Virus record (IMG/VR): IMGVR_UViG_3300017648_000003
Location: 1-39,508 of that record
Source of the DNA: a virus
Lineage: Duplodnaviria > Caudoviricetes
Length of the DNA: 39,508 bases
Reading direction: 5' to 3' (one strand)
Shown here: one piece after another, positions 33,965-39,508 of the stretch
Position numbering within the stretch: position 1 is the first letter of the stretch
How the letters are laid out: every line of letters starts with the position of its first letter
Made by a program: the position numbers and the translations under genes
The notes under the pieces: model-generated
The model's input: the letters and a program-made list of their open reading frames with translations, nothing else
Told to the model about the DNA's origin: nothing
Database searches by the model: none

Positions 33965-35409
33965 CTCCCACCCCCGTCCTGAATCGCCCGGACCGACCCC
34001 GCCGGGTCGGCCGGATCGGCGTCCCCCACCGCGATCGACCCGTTGCCCATGTGCAGCGAAACCAGCCGCCCCCGGCTCGCCGACGGGTCGGCCTGGTCGC
34101 GGACGGTCCCGAAGTCCGCGACCCAGAAATGCAGCCAGGGCGGCCCGAACGGACTGGCCGCGGCGGTCGACCGGAAGCCGCGGGACTCGACCCGACCGTG
34201 GGCGTCGATCACCAGCTCGACCGCGCCGGTCCAGGGGTCGACGGGCAGCCGGGATCGGGGCCGGTCCCCCGCGGGCAGGTTCCAGCCGGTCGCGTCGATC
34301 ACGATCCCCGCCGGCAGCTCGACCGCGCCGGTGGACGCGGGGACCGGCCGACGGCGGATCGCGTACCGCTCGCCCCAGACCAGATCCCCGGGAACCGTGG
34401 CGCCCGTCGCCGGGTCGATCTTGCGCGGGCTCCGCTCGACCCCGACCCAGGTTTCAGGCTCCCATTCGTCGGCCTCGTCGGTCAGGCCGTCCAGATCGTT
34501 GTCGAGCCCATCGAACCCCTCATCCGTCAGCCCGTCGCGGTCGTCGTCGCGGCCGTTGACCAGGTAGAGGAATTCCAGCGGCCCGTCCCCCCGGTCGAGA
34601 GGGGAGGCCGCCCCCGGCTCCCCCCAATTGACGAACAGATCCGGGTTGCGGTCGCTCCCCCAGACGGTGGGGCCGACGACCGTGTACGTGGTCCCCCGGA
34701 ACTCCACTCGATCCCCCACCCGGACGTTCCACCACCAGTTCGTCGGGTTCGCGCGGATCCGGCCGTCCGGGGGAGCGCCGGGGCTCCGCATCCAAAACGA
34801 CTCCTCCAACACGAGCGGTCCCGCCGGCGGGTTGAACCCGGCCGGGTAGCGGTCGGTTTCGGGAATCCGGTTGGAGACGGCGGCCTTGCCCTCCAGGTAG
34901 CTCCCCGCGTCGGCGAGGGGGATCAGCCGCGAGTAAACCAGCGCCGCGTCCGGATCGATCCGGCCGTCGGCCAGCCGGCGGACCGGAAGGGCCGGATCGG
35001 GCTCCAGCCGGACCCCGGCCAGGGCCCCGCCGGCGGCCCGGTCGCGGGCGGCGACCAGGGCGACGTGCACGGCCTGCGCGCCGAGGGTGAGCCGGCGGTC
35101 GGCCAGCGAGTTGAAGACCGCCGGGATCGCCAGCGCGGCCACCAGGCCGACGATCAGGACGATCACCAGCAGCTCGACCAGCGTGAAGCCGGCCCGGCCC
35201 GACGCCGATGCCTTGGCCGAGCAGTCCGGGCAGACGTAGACCGTCCGGCCGTCCACCCGGGATTGCCGCCAGTCGGGCCAGACCTCCCGGGCCATCTCGG
35301 CGATCGACGACGCGGCCCAGCTCGTCTCCACGGCGAGCCCCGGAGACAGCTCGCCGCACCCGACGCATTGAATGTGGATTTCTCCACCGGCGCGCTTGGA
35401 TTCGCTCAC
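33961..35409 (-). CDS. Zn-ribbon plus type IV prepilin-like (N-methylation) protein with DxDxDG repeats
   Basis: CVGC...CPDC, then RAG|FTLVELLVIVLIVGLVAALAIP class III signal; NGRDDDRDGLTDEGFDGLDNDLDGLTDE; GTG 35409 overlaps the upstream stop. Confidence 0.85.
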   Translation of the reverse strand: MSESKRAGGEIHIQCVGCGELSPGLAVETSWAASSIAEMAREVWPDWRQSRVDGRTVYVCPDCSAKASASGRAGFTLVELLVIVLIVGLVAALAIPAVFNSLADRRLTLGAQAVHVALVAARDRAAGGALAGVRLEPDPALPVRRLADGRIDPDAALVYSRLIPLADAGSYLEGKAAVSNRIPETDRYPAGFNPPAGPLVLEESFWMRSPGAPPDGRIRANPTNWWWNVRVGDRVEFRGTTYTVVGPTVWGSDRNPDLFVNWGEPGAASPLDRGDGPLEFLYLVNGRDDDRDGLTDEGFDGLDNDLDGLTDEADEWEPETWVGVERSPRKIDPATGATVPGDLVWGERYAIRRRPVPASTGAVELPAGIVIDATGWNLPAGDRPRSRLPVDPWTGAVELVIDAHGRVESRGFRSTAAASPFGPPWLHFWVADFGTVRDQADPSASRGRLVSLHMGNGSIAVGDADPADPAGSVRAIQDGGGR

Positions 35410-35615
35410 AACCCACCCCCTTTCCAGGACGACAACCAAAGCTCCAGGTAGCCCGCCTCTTGCAAATAGGCGAGGTGGCCGTGGATCAGCAGGATGATCG
35501 CGAAGATCAGCAGCCCGGCCGCCCGCCGGGCCGGCAGCGGATCGCGCCGCCAGGGCCGCCAGCAGCCGAGCGGGACGAGGGCGGCGAGAGCCATGCAGAT
35601 ATGCAAAGTGATCAC
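35406..35615 (-). CDS. Small two-TM membrane protein (69 aa)
   Basis: GTGA-coupled; two hydrophobic segments. Confidence 0.6.
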   Translation of the reverse strand: MITLHICMALAALVPLGCWRPWRRDPLPARRAAGLLIFAIILLIHGHLAYLQEAGYLELWLSSWKGGGL

Positions 35616-36631
35616 TTTGAGGCTCCTTTCGGGCCGATGTATTCGGGCTCGGCTTCGGCCAGGTTCAGGACTTGACGGACGGCCTCGCACAGCTCGCGGT
35701 CGGCCAGGGTCGGGATCAGGATGCTCGACCAGTTTTTGGAGGCGGGAAACCAGAGGGCGGGGTGGTCTCCGCCCCGGATGACGTATTCGCCGTCGGGCGT
35801 GACGTGCCGGGCCGGGTTCGCGGGCCAAATTTCCCGGAGCGCGTCGAGCAGGTCGGCGTCTCCGATCCATCCCAGATCGAAAAACTCCTCCCAGACTCTG
35901 TTGTCGACGCCGAAAATCGCTCTGGACACGATCGACCGCAGCGAGACCTCCCGCTTGTCCGGGTCACGCTCGACGATCGCCTTCATCTCCGCCGATTGCC
36001 GGTTGGCCTCGGCGATCGCCCGGTCGGTCGCGTCCCGTTTCCGGGGCCGCTTCGGTTCGGCCGGCTCTTTGCCGCCGGCGGCCCGGAACTTGGCCAGGGC
36101 CGCGCTGGCCTTGGATAGCGCGCCGATGGGGACGCTGTACTCACCCTTGGGACGACAGCTCAGCGCGTCGTCCAGGTCGCCGAGCGTGGCCAGGCCGCCC
36201 GCCCGCATGTCCGCGATTTGCTTCGCGTTCAGCTTCCACGGCGAGAGCGCTTCGAGACCCATCGACCGCCAGGTCTGGCCGCCATCGGCCGACCTCGAGG
36301 TGGCCTTTTCCGCCGTTTCGGCCGCCGGGCCCGACCCGCCCGCGGCTTCCCGGAGCGGTTTGGCGGTTTCGGTGTCCGCCATCGAGGAGCGCGGTTCGGT
36401 CGGCCCGCGCTGGCGCTCGTCGGCGGTCTCGATGTACTCGATCAGCGGATCGCGGCGCTTGCCGGTCTCGATCTCGTCGAGGATCTCCTCAATGAGCAGC
36501 TCGACCTTGCGGCGGACGGTCTTTTTCGCGACGACCTCCCGCTTGGCCTCGGCCTCCGCCTCCGCCGCCCGGGCCAGCTCGATCCGGGCCGCCCGCAGCT
36601 CACTGATTAGCTCATGCTCACGATTACCCAC
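35612..36631 (-). CDS. Hypothetical protein with N-terminal coiled-coil
   Basis: 339-aa ORF with protein-like composition; GGAGG RBS. Confidence 0.75.
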   Translation of the reverse strand: MGNREHELISELRAARIELARAAEAEAEAKREVVAKKTVRRKVELLIEEILDEIETGKRRDPLIEYIETADERQRGPTEPRSSMADTETAKPLREAAGGSGPAAETAEKATSRSADGGQTWRSMGLEALSPWKLNAKQIADMRAGGLATLGDLDDALSCRPKGEYSVPIGALSKASAALAKFRAAGGKEPAEPKRPRKRDATDRAIAEANRQSAEMKAIVERDPDKREVSLRSIVSRAIFGVDNRVWEEFFDLGWIGDADLLDALREIWPANPARHVTPDGEYVIRGGDHPALWFPASKNWSSILIPTLADRELCEAVRQVLNLAEAEPEYIGPKGASK

Positions 36632-36935
36632 GTCGCCCTCCCTTCCGCCTCACGATCAGCCGCCAATCCACGCCCCCGTCCAGCCGGACGGCCAGCGTCC
36701 AGCGGCGGGCGATCCGGCCGCTCCGCCAGAGGGTCAGCCAAAAGCCCCGGCCCGGGTGGCGGGACGCCCACTCGTCGATGTCGGCCGGGTCCAAAAACAC
36801 GCCCAGAAAACGCCCACGGCCGTCGGCGATCTGGAACCAGACCGCCCGCCGCTTGCCGCCGTTGGGCCGGCCCTTCCGCCGCCGCCGCTTCCGGGGGCCG
36901 TCCCAAAAGCCCCCGGGCGGGCCGACCCGGCTCAC
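36624..36935 (-). CDS. Basic Trp-rich hypothetical protein
   Basis: GTGA overlap with the upstream stop. Confidence 0.55.
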   Translation of the reverse strand: MSRVGPPGGFWDGPRKRRRRKGRPNGGKRRAVWFQIADGRGRFLGVFLDPADIDEWASRHPGRGFWLTLWRSGRIARRWTLAVRLDGGVDWRLIVRRKGGRRG

Positions 36936-37612
36936 GGCCGGTCTCCGGCCAGGGCGACCATCGCGGCCGTCAGGCGGTCGATCCGCGCGTCGGCGTCGTC
37001 GCGCAGCGCGATCGCGACCCAATCCAGCACGTTGGCCGCCAGGTCGCCGACGAATCCGCCCTCCGCCCGAAACGCCGCGGCCGCCCCGGCCAGGGCCTCG
37101 TCCGGCCCGACGGCCGTGACGACCAGGTCGAGCGGGTCCGGGGCGTCGGTCTCATCGGGGATCGGGCCGAACCACAAAACGCCAGGCCGCGGGCCCGCGG
37201 CCGCGAAGACCCCAACGCCATTCCCGTCCAGGCAATGGACGTTGAGCGACCATCGCGGCCCCACCGATTCAAGCCACCGCCCCGGCCGATCCGGCGGCTC
37301 CGCCCGCCAGACCAGGCCGGCCGGCGGGGCGGGCGGGGTCAGCACGTCGGCCAGCGCGAAAGTCCGGTACGCCCGCCGATCCACGTCATAGGCGTCCAAG
37401 AGCCATTGGGGCTCGGGGCGCCATTCGGTCGAGCCAAACCGCGCGTCCACCGGAATCACGCGGCGGCGCTCGACGGCCCCCCGGTGGTTGCGGTAGGTGA
37501 ATTCCACCGGCGGAACCCCTTGGTATTTGTCGGTCGGGTCCGTCGGCCCGTCGGTCGGCGGGTTCCAGCCGGCGGCCACTTCCAGCTCCTGTTTCGTCGC
37601 GTCGTCAATCAT
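36932..37612 (-). CDS. WYL-domain protein (no HTH) with C-terminal extension
   Basis: FTYRNHRG...RRVIP...FGSTEW.PEPQWLLDAYDVDRRAYRTFAL. Confidence 0.8.
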   Translation of the reverse strand: MIDDATKQELEVAAGWNPPTDGPTDPTDKYQGVPPVEFTYRNHRGAVERRRVIPVDARFGSTEWRPEPQWLLDAYDVDRRAYRTFALADVLTPPAPPAGLVWRAEPPDRPGRWLESVGPRWSLNVHCLDGNGVGVFAAAGPRPGVLWFGPIPDETDAPDPLDLVVTAVGPDEALAGAAAAFRAEGGFVGDLAANVLDWVAIALRDDADARIDRLTAAMVALAGDRP

Positions 37613-37701
37613 CTCGTTCGCTCCCGGGTTTGAGGTTGTGTATACGTCTTCACGGATCGCCCCGGCCGGTCTCCCGGCGGCCGGGACGGGCCAGGTCACG
37701 G

Positions 37702-37860
37702 TCAGGCCGGTCGGTCGTCGTCGTCGGGCCGAACCCGGGCCATCTCGGGCCGGGCCTCGTCGGCCGCCGCGGCGTCGATCAGCAGCGCCACCGCCACCGC
37801 CGCGACGTACAGGATCAGGACCGCCGCCAGGACGTAGGCTACGCAAGTGAGCGCGGACAT
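37702..37860 (-). CDS. 52-aa single-TM peptide
   Basis: MSALTCVAYVLAAVLILYVAAVAVALLID..., manual translation. Confidence 0.6.
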   Translation of the reverse strand: MSALTCVAYVLAAVLILYVAAVAVALLIDAAAADEARPEMARVRPDDDDRPA

Positions 37861-37983
37861 ATGGTTGAGCCCTCACGGATTGGGTTGGGGTTGCCCCGGC
37901 CGCCGTCGGCCGGGCGGATCGGGCGGAACGGGTCGGGCGGGCGGTCAGGCGACGACGGCCAGCCGGGGACAGCGGGCGGGCGG

Positions 37984-38919
37984 TCAGGAAGAGCGGCGGA
38001 AGGCCACCTTGTCGGCCGCCGGGCGAAGGACCTCCACGTCCTCCTCGTCGTACCAGTCCTGCGTCCGCACGTTGGTGTGACGCAGCAGGGCCTTCAGCTC
38101 CAATTGGCTGAATCCCCAGGATTTTGCGTGGGTTCCGATCGTTTTTCGGAACGCGAGAATCGTCAGGTTGTCGACCCCGGCCCGCTTGCCCAGCTCCTTG
38201 ACCTGGTCGAGCGGTTTGGTGCCCGGGGCCCCCGAGGTCCACGGCGTCTTGAGCCGCTTGCCCGGGAACAGCCAGTTCGACCCACAGCGGGGGAGCCAGA
38301 GCCGGAGCACGTCCCGGAGCGGCGGGGCGATCGGCAGCTTCGCGGCCGACTTGACCGTCTTGGGGTGCCAGCATTCCTTGGGCTCGACCGTCAGGACCCG
38401 CCGCTCAAGATCCACGTTGTGGGCCTCCAAATGCAGGGCCTCCATCTTGCGGAGCCCGGCATACGCATAGACGTACACAAGCGCCTGCAACCGTCCCGCC
38501 TCCCAGGACCCCATCGCCGCCTCGGCGTCGGCCTGGTCGAGCACGCGGGCGATCTCATCCGAGCCCCGGTGGGTCGGCGCGGATCGGGCCGACTGTTTTT
38601 TGTCCGACCGGACCCACTGACCCGGGGGGCGGAACTCGAACGGGCTCGACCCGAGGAATCCCTTGCCGACCGCGAACTTCGCCGCCGTCGCCATGCACCG
38701 AAGGAGGCTGGCGACCCGAGCGGGGGAGCGGTCCTTGTGCCTCGCGACCCAGGCCGCCACCGCCTCCTCGGTCAGGGCCGCCGTGGTCCGAAAACCCGGC
38801 AGTTCGCCGAATTCCCGGAGAATCTGCCTTACCTGGCGATACGTCGCGGGCTCCCTCATCGGGGGCAGGTAAAGGCTCAAGTAACGGACGGTGAACGTGT
38901 CCCACGGAATTGGGCGCAT
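37984..38919 (-). CDS. int: Tyrosine integrase (311 aa, no evident arm-binding domain)
   Basis: GLRKMEA (R), PKT (K), LAFRKT (HxxR variant), LLRH, WYD (Y); adjacent to a tRNA-derived attP. Confidence 0.93.
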   Translation of the reverse strand: MRPIPWDTFTVRYLSLYLPPMREPATYRQVRQILREFGELPGFRTTAALTEEAVAAWVARHKDRSPARVASLLRCMATAAKFAVGKGFLGSSPFEFRPPGQWVRSDKKQSARSAPTHRGSDEIARVLDQADAEAAMGSWEAGRLQALVYVYAYAGLRKMEALHLEAHNVDLERRVLTVEPKECWHPKTVKSAAKLPIAPPLRDVLRLWLPRCGSNWLFPGKRLKTPWTSGAPGTKPLDQVKELGKRAGVDNLTILAFRKTIGTHAKSWGFSQLELKALLRHTNVRTQDWYDEEDVEVLRPAADKVAFRRSS

Positions 38920-39508
38920 GACTATTCCCCGCTTGCGGTTCCGTCGCTACAGTGGAGTCCGACCGGGGCAATGTAAGCCGCGAATGAGTCGCGGACTCTA
39001 TATCCGTGGGTTTTTCGCGCGGGGGATGCGCGGAGCATGCTTCGACTGATGGAATTTCGTGTAAAACAGGCCGGTCGGCGGGGGATGGGGGATTTAAGCG
39101 CGAGGACTTCGAATCCGAAGGTTGAAGGTTCGAATCCTTCCAGGCGCGCTGCGGGTTTCCGCCCGAGAATCCTTGCCGTGAATAACCGTTCACAGTAGGA
39201 TTCGACGGCGGGAGTTCGCATGCGGATTGGTTTCCGGCCGGTCGCGAGTCGCTTTTGCAGGGTGGGCTCGCGGCCGGTTCTTTTTGCGCGCCGGCCGCGC
39301 CGATCCGATCGAGGTCCGCCAGGGCCTCCAATCGTTCCCCCGCCCGGCTCGGCCGGGTCAGTCGTTTCAGCGCGGCCAGGGCCTCGGCGTTTAGCCGCTC
39401 CGTTTCCGAGTCGGTCTCCGGCTCCGCCTTCGCGCGGTGGAAATCCGCGTCGGTCTTCACCGTCCTCCGCCGGGAGCGGGCCGCGTCCGCCATCCCGCGA
39501 ACGTCGAC
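38555..39508 (-). CDS. Replication initiator, 3' part (reads through attP and overlaps int out of frame)
   Basis: In frame with the ORF from 1038 via the terminal repeat; first stop at 38555. Confidence 0.6.
   Translation of the reverse strand, partial: VDVRGMADAARSRRRTVKTDADFHRAKAEPETDSETERLNAEALAALKRLTRPSRAGERLEALADLDRIGAAGAQKEPAASPPCKSDSRPAGNQSACELPPSNPTVNGYSRQGFSGGNPQRAWKDSNLQPSDSKSSRLNPPSPADRPVLHEIPSVEACSAHPPREKPTDIESATHSRLTLPRSDSTVATEPQAGNSHAPNSVGHVHRPLLEPLPAPDEGARDVSPGKADSPGIRRTAGFSDHGGPDRGGGGGLGREAQGPLPRSGRQPPSVHGDGGEVRGRQGIPRVEPVRVPPPGSVGPVGQKTVGPIRADPPGLG
38922..39221 (-). CDS. Possible leader ORF spanning attP, ending 2 nt before the int ATG
   Basis: 99-codon ORF; no recognisable family. 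Confidence 0.3.
   Translation of the reverse strand: MRTPAVESYCERLFTARILGRKPAARLEGFEPSTFGFEVLALKSPIPRRPACFTRNSISRSMLRASPARKTHGYRVRDSFAAYIAPVGLHCSDGTASGE
39104..39148 (+). other. attP core: 3' half of tRNA-Arg(TCG)
   Basis: GGA-CTTCGAA-TCCGA anticodon arm, GAAGG-TTCGAAT-CCTTC T arm, CAGGCGC-G acceptor 3' strand; no D arm or 5' acceptor strand upstream. Confidence 0.9.
39208..39285 (+). ncRNA. Putative antisense sRNA (loop UUUUGCAGG)
   Basis: TTGCCG(39173)-17-TAGGAT(39196) promoter; hairpin 39238-39277 plus TTCTTTTT; matches the rep leader at 1056-1089. Confidence 0.7.
39386..39508. repeat. Terminal direct repeat, right copy
   Basis: Identical to 1-123. Confidence 0.95.

Noticed and set aside
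37899-37911. 13-nt match GCCGCCGTCGGCC to sRNA 1 as a target site
   Set aside because: Almost all GC and located in the sRNA terminator stem; plausible by chance
39075-39150. Complete phage-encoded tRNA-Arg
   Set aside because: No D arm or 5' acceptor strand; only the 3' half is present, consistent with attP

Overview
The window appears to be a complete, circularly closed genome of a temperate HK97-fold siphovirus. It is about 39.4 kb and high-GC, and bases 1-123 are repeated exactly at 39386-39508. Several protein families suggest a Planctomycetota host, probably Isosphaeraceae-like; this is an inference. Modules: (i) a leftward early operon ending in a wHTH replication initiator with internal 22-bp iterons, whose ORF crosses the contig join; (ii) a divergent control region with an RHH repressor and a lower-GC toxin plus XRE/ImmA-peptidase pair (RosmerTA-like); (iii) a roughly 800-bp non-coding block holding a tandem array of promoter-hairpin-terminator small-RNA units; (iv) a minus-strand morphogenesis operon (terminases, portal, MuF-metallopeptidase fusion, protease, capsid, neck, tail tube, frameshifted chaperone, tape measure, tail tip, beta-helix spike); (v) a ~490-bp segment bounded by inverted repeats beside a serine recombinase; (vi) accessory genes (VRR-NUC, ASCH, Zn-finger/prepilin fusion, WYL); and (vii) a short tyrosine integrase with an attP matching the 3' half of tRNA-Arg(TCG). 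The most striking signal is an antisense-RNA network. A small RNA near attP carries a loop exactly complementary to a stem-loop in the rep leader, and similarly built orphan sRNA genes are arrayed at 7.1-7.7 kb. In addition, attP lies inside the rep ORF, so integration rewrites the Rep C-terminus and splits the early operon. All calls are from manual reading and motif recognition; no database searches or folding programs were run.
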